56,628 bases of DNA, filler included, from Sphacelaria rigidula (GCA_964200075.2; 6 parts of 6 records of this genome joined end to end with filler, not necessarily neighbours in it), one strand, 5' to 3'. Shown: positions 12,099-24,845, counted from the first letter of the whole stretch. Notes: a model not told the origin generated them from the sequence alone. A program made the numbers and translations.

Positions 12099-12387
12099 CT
12101 GATGCACGGCCCGTACACATTGAAGAGCACAAAGTGCCCATGATCCGTCACTAGCACTCGCCCCTCCGCGTCCATCTCAACCAGCCTTTGCGCGCTAAGT
12201 TCACCGGCGACGCTCCCGGGAGAGCCAAAGAACTGCGCGTCCCGCAGTGATGCTGTACAAGCTAGCGTTCGGAGTCCGGACGCGGACCTGACAAAGGTGG
12301 CCACGCCCGAGTAGCTGGGCTTCCGACGTACCTTACAGTGTGTGAAAAAGCAGTGGTACCCTGGCGCGCGTGCGAGGTCATGCTCCA
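12099..12387 (-). CDS. APEX2: AP endonuclease exon
   Basis: tacag|TG...AG|gtgcgc; EHDLARAPGYHCFF...SYSGVATF...MDAEGRVLVTDHGHFVLFNVYGPCI contains the ExoIII motifs YSGVA, DxEGR and NVYxP. Confidence 0.93.
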
Positions 12388-12750
12388 CTGTAATTTAGGG
12401 AATTTCGACGGGGGAGAGAGAGCGAATCACCGGGCGTGGAGACGGGGTCAAACACAGGATCGGGCAAAACAAGGCTGGGCGAAATGACGTGTTTTGTTTC
12501 TGCGCTGCACCGTCCACGCATCTGACGTGGGGTGCCGCCGTTTTGTGATTCTTGCCATGTTCGACAAGTGCTGCGATGCATCGATATCTTATCTTGGTCG
12601 TGTGCGGTCGAACCATAACGGCGAGCCTCGCCACATCGTACCGGCATCGCCCGGGTATCGCACTGAGTTAGGTTTGTGCATTACTACACTACACAATAGA
12701 CCGTGCTAGATTAAAAAAAAATCGTTCACATTACGACGCCCAAACCTCAC

Positions 12751-12941
12751 CTAGACCTGCACGTGTGATCTTGATCTCTTGAAAGCACACTGCCTCGGGG
12801 GAACAGAACAACAAACCGATCGGAGCACGCAGAGAGAATGCGCTGGCAACGGTGAAAACAGGCACGGGATACCGGGCGGTGCACATCCGGAGAAACGAAC
12901 CAAAATTACGTGTGGCCAAAGGAGGGTACTGCACTATTGCA
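12751..12941 (-). CDS. APEX2: AP endonuclease exon (5' boundary uncertain)
   Basis: AVCFQEIKITRAGL|gtgagg contains the metal-binding QE motif; the phase-1 donor matches the next exon. Upstream in-frame AIVQYPPLATRNFGSFLRM resembles the Apn2 N-terminus. The first exon (WNxNG) was not located. Confidence 0.7.
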
Positions 12942-12979
12942 CTGCCATGTAGGGCTGCCTGCGGTGAACGCTGATGTTA

Positions 12980-13080
12980 CTCAGGATTCGATGGCGAAAT
13001 GGCGGAGAAATTTCTGCCTCCACAAGAAGAAGTTTTCATAGGAGCGGAATTCCTTCGCAATTTCGCCATCGAATCCCGAG
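12980..13080. repeat. ~100-nt hairpin
   Basis: ctcaggattcgatggcgaaatggcggagaaatttc pairs with gaattccttcgcaatttcgccatcgaatcccgag. Confidence 0.85.
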
Positions 13081-16000
13081 TGTTCAACTGTCAGGGAGGT
13101 CGATCGTGGTGCCATCGTTCCTCCGGAGAAGGTGGGCTGCTGACGTCCCCGCGCGCCGAAGGCATCCGCTGCCCCGGCATACGGGTGCAATCGTTGCGGC
13201 CTCTCCGCTGGCGGCAAAGAGAAACGTGCAGCAAAAGGGCTGGGTTTGTTGCCAGGCAGCCGCTTGCAGATTGTATCGGCGTAGCTGTATGCCGTTTCGA
13301 TCTGTCGTTCTTCAACTCCGCTAGTTGTTTCAGAATCTTGGCAAATACGTTTCCCGTTTTTTCCCCGCATTTTGCTCATGGCGCGGCGTAGTTCCCCTGT
13401 GTGACGGCGGGCGATCACGCCCACAGGCAAATTCGTGCTCGTACTCTTCTTGACCCGCTGTGTCGTCGAGGGCACTGCCGCCGGTGCTCGAGGCAGCACC
13501 AGGGTCGTTCGCCACCGTGATCAACTAGTACGCATAAACGCGGTGCGAATCCTCGCAGAATCCTCGCCGTCTTACGGTACATTTTTTTGCTGCTTCTGAC
13601 CACGGGCTTGATTGTTGCAATCAGCTAATGTGAGATAATCAATTAATTAATCCATGAATCAGTACGATGTTCCGGTTGTACAACCTTCAACAAATCGTGC
13701 TATTATACCTGCACCCAAACAGTAAACTGGCTGGCTGTTTCAGGCCGTCGCCCTGCACGCCTGCTACTGCGTCTGCCTACCACTCACTCTCTCTCAGCGT
13801 GTTCATTGACAACCGCCTTTATGTTCGGTATCGCCGCCAAAGAGTGTTATCCCTTTTCGAAAAAATGGAGGCATGGTTGCCGCAGAATATGTACCTTCTA
13901 GTAGATACTGTCATATTCCGAGGTTTCAAATGTCTGAGCCCAAGCATGGACATCATCACAGAAAGAGGGGTGGGCACTTGCAGCATCAAGAGCTCGCCTC
14001 ACGGGCGGGTTGCGGATGCGGAGGAAGCTGCATCACTTACGAGTTATGTAACAGCATAGATTGCAAGCGATTTCCACTGAAAAACCGTGCCGCTATGATA
14101 GTGCACGACGAAGTTCGTGGAGGGTTGTACATGCGGGCCCCACCCCTTGCGCACTGGTCTGAACACACATGAAGCAGTACAGTACAGCACATCATATGCT
14201 GCTTACTGCCTGTGTTTTACTGCGCACCACCCGCAGCAGTGAGGCCCGTAGCAGTACTACGTGCTCGATGCTGTGAGTGAAATCCGCCTCCGCTGCTATT
14301 CGTTCCTATAATCAATGTCCGTATGTTGGGCGAAGGTCGCTGTGGACACAGGCGCCATGGCGCGAAAGCTTCCTGTTACCTTTTGCGGCGTGGGGATTTC
14401 TGGACCCTGTCTCACAGTATACTGCGCGCATTCGACGTCGTGCTGCCTTCGGCAGTCGACAACAGATTTCAGTACTGTGCGCAGTACACTTTTTTCAAAT
14501 CTGAACAGAAATATCTCGTCCATCGTTGTACATTTTCACATATAAAGTTGGGCAGTGAGACCGTGCTTGTCGCCGAAATATGACCGAAGTGGAAGTGAGG
14601 TAATCACCGAAATATTCACGTGCAAAGCCAATGCGGAGATAATCTAAGTTGATAAGGCTAGAAGAATACCAGTGCAACGCCCACTCCGACTGCCAGCCTG
14701 TTTGCACGGCCGTGCCGGTAGTGGCGGGACTGTTTGTACCGGGATGTCGCCTCCAGTACCAGGTACGCCGGCAAGGGCCCGTCGCGCTACCCACTGGTCG
14801 CGCGAAAGGAGCTTAACCTTCGACTGTCGACCGTTTTGGAGCGGAAGCGTTCGCCTCCCAACCCTCATATATATAGCGGATCATAAACGATGCTTGTTTG
14901 CTGGGCTTCTTCGAGCGTTACTCCATAACTGGGCGAAGATTGATTATGAGGCCGGCAGGATCCATGCACAGTCAGCGTGCTCAACTGACACTGTACCCAC
15001 TATAATCGTCATCAGACAGCAGGGTGTTCAAAAAACAAAAATCGGCGAACGGTGATTATCCATCGTATCGATGCAGACCGGGCCATGAGCGACTTCCCCT
15101 GCCGCAGCTGTGACTGTGACACCTTCCTCTAATACCAATCTACACACTGTGCGAGTTTCAGCGTCATCTGACACGAGGTGCGGATTCTCTTCACGCCCAA
15201 GTTGCCAACACATCGCCTCCATATTATCGAAAAGGAATAACACTGTAAAGACGTTCCAATCCCTGAGCCTTTCCGATTCTATTCGGCGTTCGTCACCTCA
15301 AATACATCACGATTCAGACGCGAATTCAATTAAATTCGTTTGGGTCATCGAGAATTATTTCGCTCCCACAAAGCACATGTACCCTCGATTGAGAATATCC
15401 CACATTCCATCGAACCTCCGGGGAACGTTACCCCCTCTCTTCCGCCAGTTCTAAAAAATGCAACCCCTTTACCGCCAGGGTGGGTCACCTGGGTCTTGTA
15501 TTCATTTTTCAAGTGAAATCTGTGCCGAAGCAACAGAGCACCTACTCTGGGGTTGACTCATGCTCTACACTCATTCAAACGGCGGACGGACGGGGTGGTC
15601 ATGCGGTACTGACGAGCCGCACGTGTTCTGTCGTTATCCCAGGGTGCGCATGAATTTCGATGGTGCACCGGGGTGCACTTGTAATTTTTCCGGACCAATG
15701 TTAGCCGGTTGTTCCATAAATCTGAATCTGCATGAATCTGCCCTCCATGCAGATTCAGATTCGTCAGATTAGGATTATCATCGAGATTCCGTAGGGTACA
15801 ACTCATGTGTTTCACGGATTCAGTAGTATTTTGCCACGATCTTCATGCCCACCAAGTGGTGAACTACGAGTAGCCTCCACGGATTTGAGAATTTTACTGT
15901 ACGGGACTGTTTTCTCAAGGGGGCGGTGTTGCCCAGTACACGCTATATGCATACATACAGGACAACCTAACAGAAGGCAGTGGATCATCCTCCACGTAGC

Positions 16001-16299
16001 CCAATGTACCGTACCGTAGTGACGTACAGTGGCACAACGCAGTGAGCCACAGCACAGAACATCGGAGTACGGTGCGCTAGTACAGCACACGGTACATTGC
16101 TAATAAAAATACCAAACGCCTCCTGTATACAACTCGGGGCGAGCGGAATTCGCCACACATCCAACGATACTTCAGTAATGACTCTCGCCTCCCACGACGA
16201 ACTCCGGAGAACACGGGGCATCTGGGACTTGTTTTTCAGTCAAAATCTCCGATTTTTTCAGGGAAAAAACTATCTCTGCGAAAATCATGAGAGAAGATT

Positions 16300-18720
16300 T
16301 CTAAACCAGGTCAGGAAATAAATGAAATCAAAACAGGGACTGCAGATTACTGTACTCTGAACAGTAGAGTTCACCGCTTGGTAGAGCATGGAACTTTCGA
16401 CCAGAAAATGAATGAAATCGAAACAGTGACTGCAGATTACTCTACTCCGAACAGTGGAGTTCACCACTTGATAGAGTATGGAACTTTCCGACGTGGCTCT
16501 AGCGCGGCCACCGCAATCCGGATCTTGAATGGGGTCTGTGCTCCTAGCGTGCGAAAACGCGTTTTCGTCGAAATCGCTACTGACTGAGGCCTCGCAACGT
16601 ACACTTTGCCTAGGGAACACTTTGCACCCCCCTCGCCCGAGGGTTCTCGGTGTGCCTTCGTTGGGGTGAGGGTTAGCGTTAGACTTATTCGAAATGATGA
16701 ATTTCCGATAAATTTCCGATAAATTTCCATACCTACGAAGTGGTAAACTAACCTTTATACTCTCCGAAAATCTAGCCTAGATATTTTTGTTTTCCACCAA
16801 TCTCCCCGAAAACGTCGAACAGTCCAAAAAAGAAGTCCCGTTAACCCTTGGACCACGATGCGGGTAGTCCGTCTGGATTACACACATTTATGTCAAGTAA
16901 AAATGATACCGATTCAGCAGGTAACCTACCATCGCGGTCGAAGGGTTAACCCTTAGACCGCGAGGGTCGTCTATCTCGATCATGTATACCTTTCTTCAAG
17001 CGAGATTGATGCCGATTCAACAGATGATCTACCCCTCGCTGCCGAAGGGGTAACCCTTTTTGAGAGGGGAGGGGATTAACAAAAGTAGGCCCATCGTGAA
17101 TCGGCATCATTTTTGGTTGAAAGCGGCTAAAAATGATGCCCACCATCGCGGTCGAAGGGTTAACCCTTAGACCGCGAGGGTAGTCTATCTCGATCATGTA
17201 TACCTTTTTTTCAAGCGAGATTGATGCCGATTCAACAGATGATTTACCCCTCGCTGCCGACGGGGTAACCCTTTTTGAGAGGGGAGGGGATTAACAAAAG
17301 TAGGCCCATCGTGAATCGGCATCGTTTTTGGTTGAAAGCGGCTAAAAATGATGCCGATTTGCAAATGGACCCTGCGTGCAAGCCAGCTCGTCACCTCCGG
17401 TGAGTGGGAGTGCGGCAGTATAATTCACCACTTAGAACGGTTGAGCAGCTCCGAGTTAGTCCGACTTGATTTTAGTCTGGACACCGAAATCCGGATCTTT
17501 AATGGGGGCTGTGCTTCAAGCGTGCTCCTAGCGTGCGCAGAACGCGTTTTTGTCTAAATCGGCGCCTAGAGCGCCGATTTGAGGTCTGGCAACGCACACT
17601 GTGCCTAGAGAACTCTTGGAATCACCCTTGCCCGAGGGTTCTCGGTATGCTTTGAGTGCAGTCCCTCTTAGGGCCGGACCCCCACTAACTAGGGTAGGGG
17701 TGTAACCGTTCAGATAGACTACTTACTACCCTCGCGGTCTCAGGGTTAATCCTTTCGGGACCGGAGTGGACTAACGCGGGGTGAGGATCCTTTGTAAATC
17801 GGCATCATTTTCACTTGAAAGCGACAGAAAACGATGACGATTCACAAGTGGGCCCTGCGCGTAGACCAGCTCCCCACCTCTGGTTGGTGGGAGTGCGGTC
17901 CCTTATAGGGCCGGACCCCCACCGACAAGGCGTGTAACCGTTCAGATGCACTACCCTCATGGTCTCAGGGTGATCGTTTTGGGACGAGAGTGGACTAACC
18001 AGGGGTGAGGGCCCTTCGTGAATCAGGTTAACCCTTTGACCGCGAGGGTGTAGTTCACCTGCTGAATCCGCATCAATTTCACGTGAAAAAAGTATTTGTG
18101 ATCCAGATGGACGCATCGCGGTCAAAGGGCTAACTTTCTTTGAGAAGGGAGCGGACTAATAAAAGTGGGCTTATTGTGAATCGGCATCATTTTCACTCGA
18201 AAACGACTGAAAATGGTGACGATTCACAAATGGGCCCTACTTGTAGACCAGCTCCTCACCTCTAGTTAGTGGGAGTGCGGTCTCTTTTAGGGCCGGGACC
18301 CCCACCGACTAGGAGTGTAACCGTTCAGATGGGCTACCCTAACGGTCTCAGGGTAAATCGTTTTGGGACCAGAGTGGACTAACCAGGGGTCAGGGCCCTT
18401 CGTGAATCGGGTTAACCCTTTTCGAGACGGGAAGGGACCAACAAAAGTGGGCTCATTGTGAATCGGCATCATTTTCACTTGAAAACGAATGAAGATGATG
18501 CCGATTCACGAATGGACCCTGCGTGCACACCAGCTCCTCCCCCCTGGTCAGCGGGGGTCCGGTTCCAAAAGGGTCAATGAGTTATGGCAACGCATACTTT
18601 GCCCCGGGAATACGTTGCACCACCCTTGCCCAAGGGTTCTCGGTATGCCTTCGTTGGGGTGAGGGTTAGGGCCTGTCTTAACGAAGGGGATAATCCCCTT
18701 TGTCACAATTCCCTTTTGAC
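16300..18720. repeat. Complex satellite-like repeat cluster
   Basis: 2 x ~214-bp tandem at 16928-17355; many GAATCGGCATCATTTT...AAAATGATGCCGATTC palindromic modules; three copies of a unit ending ...CCCGAGGGTTCTCGGT..., two of which end in GGGTGAGGGTTAG. Related pieces at 1-100, 23305-23380, 49865-49995 and 50590-50845. Confidence 0.85.
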
Positions 18721-18812
18721 AGGGGATTGGCCCCGTCACGACCAGCCCCGAGTCCTATCGACAAGCAGTTTTGTACAGGTTGGAACCCAGATCTGCATGC
18801 ATATTCCGAAAC

Positions 18813-18912
18813 NNNNNNNNNNNNNNNNNNNNNNNNNNNNNNNNNNNNNNNNNNNNTTAATTAATTAANNNNNNNNNNNNNNNNNNNNNNNNNNNNNNNN
18901 NNNNNNNNNNNN
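18813..18912. other. Artificial contig linker
   Basis: 44 N + TTAATTAATTAA + 44 N. Confidence 0.99.
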
Positions 18913-19814
18913 AGCCACAGCTTATACACTGCCTCAAGGGTGTCTCACCATTTAAACACTACGTGGAACGATCATCCCGTTTCCACTGGGGGGGGTGGGA
19001 ATTCACGCACACACACACACACATTCAAAAAGGAGGAGGGTACCAAAAAAGTCGATGGACGTACTACGGTGGATCCTGCGCTGGCACTATCCTTTTCTAT
19101 TCTCCAACGCTAGTTGCCGTGAGGAGAGGGAGAATACCACCTTTTATCCTCGGATCGTGACATGAAGCAAAACGATGAGCTTGCTTCAGTAAATTTACGT
19201 CAATTACACAAGTGATGTTTTCGGTGAAATGTCTTCCCTGCAGACAGGTGTCAGTTTGCTCTAAGCGTCTGAGAAGCCACCATTTCGTCTTTATACTTGA
19301 TGTTTGAGTACTAGCAACCGTAATTTTGGTCGAATGAATCTCCTGCACAGGTGTCATTTCGTTGGCGACGCCTGAGGAACCAGCATTTCGCCTTCACTAC
19401 TTGGTGTTAAGAGTACGTGTGTGTTGGTGTCATTTTGTTCTCTGAAGCTCACTGGAGCCGGCATTTCGTCTTTACTCGATTTTGGAGTTCGGCACCAGGG
19501 TGCGTGGGTTTGGATTACTCTATGCTTTTCGCACTGTGTTCATCATGAGCGGTTTGGCGTTGCGATGTCTTTTCCCTGGCCGCGTTTCGCCGGAACCTTC
19601 GAACGCATGCCGCGTCGAATGAGTACAGTTGGAACCAGCATAATTCTTACTTGATCGTTTTCACATGGTGATACGAAACAGTCATGTTCGCCCTATTATA
19701 TATGATTATAACGATAATATGAAACGAGGTGAAATTTGGAAGAAACGCGACAATAATGGTGTTTGTCGATCACCGCGTGCCATTTCGACTGAGCAGAGTA
19801 ATCTGCTCTCGGAA

Positions 19815-22800
19815 CAGGGCTTGAACAACTGAGTACTGCTACGGTAGGGGTACAGAAATAATTTCTGAGCTTAGAATTGTTAGGAGCTCCTTATCTCATC
19901 CAAAACACGACATATGAAAATATGCGAGAGTAAGCCAGGATTACTATTTCAATGTACTGGGGATATCCCGAATGAATCTGCAAACGGGGGGATACCCTGA
20001 CCCTTATTCTTGTGCAGCTAGAATTGTTAGGAGCCCCTGAACCAGACAAAATTTTGCGAAAAAAGTCCACCCTTACCGTAGCATTGCTCACCATCAACGC
20101 AAATATTATGGCAAAAGGAAATGCAGTAGGTACCAGCAAATCCTCGCCCAATTTACCATATTTCGTTGTTCCAACTGCGGCATTCTGATATCGGGAAGAC
20201 GTTTAGCTTACGGTATTGTTAATACACAATACTGTGCGACGTGTACGTGATGAAAATGTATAACCATTTGTTACGTTGCTACAATCACGACTAAATCAGA
20301 GTTTTCAGGTGATCTGTAAACATCGATAAGCATCTAAATGAAGTTTCATCTTGCAGGCATCTCATAGCTGCTCGGTGAGGTCGAGAAGAACAATAGCCAG
20401 TCTTCTTGCAGAGTTCAGCATATGTCCTGGTCAGAGGAAGGTGCTGCAGCGAGCTGGAGGTCTTCTCCTCCTGCTGCAATTTCAAAGTTGAGCCATGGAA
20501 ACTATAACTTAGGTACTACTGTAGTACTTCAACCTCCTTGCCGAACGTGTACTTGATATATCTGCTGTTGCTCTACCTAGGATTGCGATGGAGACAGTGT
20601 CCAGGAAGCAAATAGCTTACCCATTGACCCAGAGAGCATTGGCTGGTTCAATGATTAAACTGTATTCCCTGAACAAGGGATATATTATATGGTCCATCCC
20701 AGTATGACACTTCCGTGATCTCTGGAGGCACCTGCCGATCGCAAGCCTTGAGGTTTTGGAGTGCCTTCTGCAGACCGTGTATATATGGTTGGGCAACACC
20801 TGAACTACAATGATTCCCAGTGAAACCGTGATCAAGATAGCTACAAAACACATGGGGAAAAGTCGAGTCCTGATACGGTAGGGGTGCACAAATTACTTCT
20901 CATGTTTGAACTTCAATTGCCCCTTATCTCATCCAAGAAACGATTTGTGGAATATTTAAGGACCCGCCACGATCAGCATTCCAATGAGCTGGGGATACTG
21001 TACTTCGTATGGATATCGAAACGGGAATGTCCTGGTCCATATTCTTCTGTAGCTCGTAACTTTAGGAGCCCCTCAATAAAAACAATCATCTGGGCTCAAT
21101 GTGCAATCTCTACCTATCATGGCGTGACTCAGTACGTTCTAGCATAGTTGATCCCGCGCACATGTAAACATGATGAATGATTTCAACAGTTGGTTGTTCA
21201 ACGTGCATAGGGAGGGTAAAACCCGTTTGTTCTTCACAGGTTTCAGACGCTTTTCCGATGCACCACACCGGTTTTCGGGGCCCGAGCACGACCCAAGGGG
21301 GTTGCCAGATTCGGTATAGTTGTGACGTTCCGATTAACTGTGGCTATAGCAGGTGCGTATTAGTGATGAGTACTATATCCCAAAATTAGACATGTCTACC
21401 CCGATATGTGCTGAATATGTTGTATTGGTATCATCTAAACTTGGGGAATATGCCGATACCGTACTGTATCCCGTATCCCGCGATATATCTCATCCCGAGA
21501 TATATCGCAGGACATATCGCAGGATGCGATGTAGTACGTGCCGTTCCTGGGCAACTAGTAGTGTGTACGGAGTGCATAAGATTGGTGACACATTCCTCGC
21601 GAACAGTCATTTACCTGCCTATGCATCGTAGTCGTAGCCATATCATGTGCTACGGTGAATCTCCAGGTGAGCGCACTTATCGGGATCATAGCACAGGGGT
21701 GCATCAACAAAGTAAGTACCAAATTATTCGATTCGATTTTTCTACGGGTTTCGCGATCATCGCACAGAGATATTCCAATCCCGGGAAACCCCAACTGTCG
21801 GGCGTGAGGTTGACTTGTACCGTGAGTAGTTTGGTCGAAGTGATGGTATCTCGTCTTCTGATGTGTTCAGGTGCAGTAACCCCTGAGAAAGGAAGCCGCA
21901 CTGAACCCTTTGTCCTGGTGTCCTTACGGACAGGGGCTCAAGCTATACTGATCCGCAGCAAGGCAGAGCCGTGTAACAAACAGCCTACCCCAAATCAGAT
22001 CCTTGTCAGCACGAGGATGAAACGAATCAATTCAAGGCGTTCACAAGAATGGATATCCACTTCCTCGTATAATACAATTACTAAGCAGGAACCAGCAGTC
22101 CCTCAACCACGGCTCACCATTAGGACTCACTTGGTACTCAGAACAAGGGTAGGCCAATGTTGATTTTGTCCGGTAACCAAGACGAGTGACCGCAGAGGGG
22201 GGGGGAGGTGTACTCAGGGGTGGGGAGAGGGGTGCTTCCGATGCAACACCACCCCAAGAGTTATAACTCGCACAGAGTAATGATACAAGAACCAAACAGT
22301 CAGCTGCGGTACAAGAAAATACTGGGACATTTCTGGCCCATGAACACAGCCAACCGGTCGGTCCGTCCAGCTAATACCCCACCCATCGTACCGTCAATCC
22401 CAGTCCGAGGAACATTCCGGGATTACTGTCCGCAGCGCACATGAACATGCAATATGCAAACAGGACCATTCAACCATGCAACATGAATCCTTTGATCAAG
22501 GGTTGTGCACAACTCTGAACGCCAAATCTAAATCTTTCCATATATAACTTGCTCAATCATCAAAGATTCACATCCAATCGTCGCTTTTAATCCGTGTCAT
22601 GTACCCCCAAAGAATTACTGTACCTCGTCGAGATCAGTCCCTCCGAATACCACAACAGTGTTTTGCTGTCGGGGGCTTCACTGCTGTGCTAATGCCACCA
22701 CGGCGACCCACATGTTTAGATGACTGAGACATTTTCGTTGAATCAGTGTGGGTTGAAAACACCCAGGATCGTCGTTGTGCTTTTATTCTGTGTCACACAT

Positions 22801-23521
22801 GTCGGATTCATCGCACATGTAGGGGTCATCGCACATGTCGGATTCATCGCACATATCGGAGCCGTCGCACAGGGGTACGGGAAAAAGTTAAGAAATATAA
22901 CAATCACAAATCGATTGCACAGGATGCGATAATCTGCAGTTCAACGGAAGGTCATACACACGAATCACTTTTCCTCGGTATTTTTTTGCTGTATCTTGTT
23001 GTACTCGGTGCGCGTTGTGGCATGTACTACTGGTGCGTGCTCAACCAGCCACACGAGACCAACGAAAAATAGCACAACACTACTAAGCAACAGATGAGTA
23101 CAGCACAAACCGCCAGCCAACACAAACGGATCCTGGTTACGAAAGTCTCAACGTTCTACGATGGCAATACAAAAGCGAAAACCGCATCCACGGCGTGCCT
23201 TGAGGCCCACACGGAAGAATCGAGAACAAGAGTGCTCTCGCGGCACCACACGCGGTGTGCTGCCGAACGGAGGGCTTTTGATGCTGACCGTGTTCTTGTG
23301 TGGTGTGTTGTGAATCGGCATCATTTTTACTTGAAAAGTACTGAAAATGATGCCGATTCACGAAAAGGCCCCTGCGGGCAAACACAATGTTTCTGGGAGT
23401 CCGATCCACAAAGGGTCAGGGTTGTACAATGAGCCCCATATATTTGTGCTCCTACAAGAAGGAGAGCCCCAGAACCAAAAAGTGCAACCCCTACCGTAGC
23501 ATTGATCAGTTCTGAAACCTA
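19815..23521 (-). mobile_element. Putative decayed hAT-like DNA transposon
   Basis: Imperfect inverted ends CAGGGCTTGAACAACTGAGTACTGCTACGGTAGGGGT / ACCCCTACCGTAGCATTGATCAGTTCTGAAACCTA; the end motif recurs internally at about 20070 and 20875; no matching TSD. Confidence 0.45.
20290..21113 (-). pseudogene. Spliced pseudogene, possibly a hAT transposase C-terminal region
   Basis: GT-AG introns at 20841-20896 (56 nt) and 20577-20620 (44 nt) join protein-like frames (NRFLDEIRGN.., YLDHGFTGN.., LQEDWLLFF..) interrupted by TGA/TAG stops. Confidence 0.4.
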
Positions 23522-23739
23522 GATACGGCGGGAAAATTGGAGGCGAATTTTCCGTTATGGCATTGAGTATCGTGCGATCATACGATTACCGTATATGACA
23601 TCGTGCGGTATTAAGGAATACAATTTATCGATATATCGTATCCATGTTGCGAATTTTTCCCCCAGTTATATCGGACACCGTATTCCGCTCATTATTTACT
23701 CGATAACCGTCACTGGTATGCGTATTGCTCCTGAACCTT

Positions 23740-23987
23740 GACACTTTCTACGATAGCCCCCTCCCAAAAGGTGCATGGTTTCAGGAGGCAAAATCTTCAC
23801 GTAAATCGAAGTGGGAAAAGCCGAGTGCAACGAGCAGCTGGGAATTCCCACGCTTGGGTTCGTTCTAGCCAATGTCGCCAATATGTAGGCGCTTCATGCA
23901 GCCTGAACCCAAACACCAGGCGCTGTATGGCCATTTTTTTCGTGACACTTTCGGCTGGTTTTGGAGGGGGCTATCGTAGAAAGTGTC
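23740..23987. mobile_element. MITE family 2, copy 1
   Basis: Perfect 22-bp TIR GACACTTTCTACGATAGCCCCC; inverted homolog at 28905-29153. Confidence 0.85.
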
Positions 23988-24471
23988 CCCTCCTGAAACC
24001 ACTTGCTTCGCCTAAATACAGCGCAAACCTCCGGAAGATGTCATGAAAAAAGTCTTCGGATTCTGAAGGAAGACCGCGAAAAGCTACACACCTGGAACAT
24101 GCCGGAATTTTCAGTAGAAGAAGGCCATTTGTCGCAAAAAGTTGAACACAACATCGTTGGTCTGATTATACATAACAGCAATATCACCGAAAGTATATGT
24201 AACACGAAACTTTCCAAATTGAGGATAGATTTTTTCGTGAGGACGAGCGAGGCCGAACATGACAGCCGAAGGGTGCATCGTCATTTCAAAATTTCTATTT
24301 TCATGCTTCCGGAGGTTCCCGCCGTGGTTTCGAAGCGATATCGACCAAGCTGCTTGTGGACGGTGGGGGACCAGCAACGGCTTGTCATGATGCTGTAATA
24401 TCAATACCGTGCTTCTTGTGCCCGTAGATGTCGACCAAGTATTCCGACCACGAGCACGGGATCCTGACAAA

Positions 24472-24845
24472 TAACAGACAACTCTATAAAATGAGGTTCA
24501 TCAATTAAATGGGGTTCGAGCCAAAAGCAGTACTTTCTCCACACTTTCAGCGATGGTGCCCAATGACTTTCTTGCCGGCCTGATGCCCCTCGATCGCCTA
24601 GATACTTCTTCAGCGCATTTTATCGACGCTATGAGCTTACAGCTCTGTCCGAAACCGCCATTTCTACTTATTTTTTAGGGGGGGTGATATCAGGGAAAAC
24701 AGCGGTTTCGGTCAGCGCTGTAAGCTCACAGAGTCGGTAAAATGCGCTGAAAACGTATCTACGCGATCGAAAGTGTGGAGAAAGTACTGTTTTGGGCTCG
24801 AACCTCATTTAATTGACGTACCTCATTTTATAGAACTGTCTGTTA
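24472..24845. mobile_element. Foldback (fully palindromic) MITE-like element
   Basis: Arms of ~150 bp pair throughout (taacagaca..ctataaaatgagg / cctcattttatag..tgtctgtta), with a ~40-bp insertion in the left arm. Confidence 0.85.

Noticed and set aside
12099-12387. Endonuclease as a LINE APE domain
   Set aside because: It has spliceosomal introns and APE2-specific motifs, with no linked RT.
14495-15243. Minus-strand ORFs as the first exon of the AP endonuclease
   Set aside because: No WNxNG motif with a suitable donor site was found.
16830-18540. CRISPR-like array
   Set aside because: The repeats are long, diverged and in mixed orientation, with no unique equal-length spacers or cas genes; the context is eukaryotic.
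21408-22163. 251-aa plus-strand ORF
   Set aside because: No domain resemblance; it starts in a low-complexity GATATC-rich repeat inside the putative transposon.
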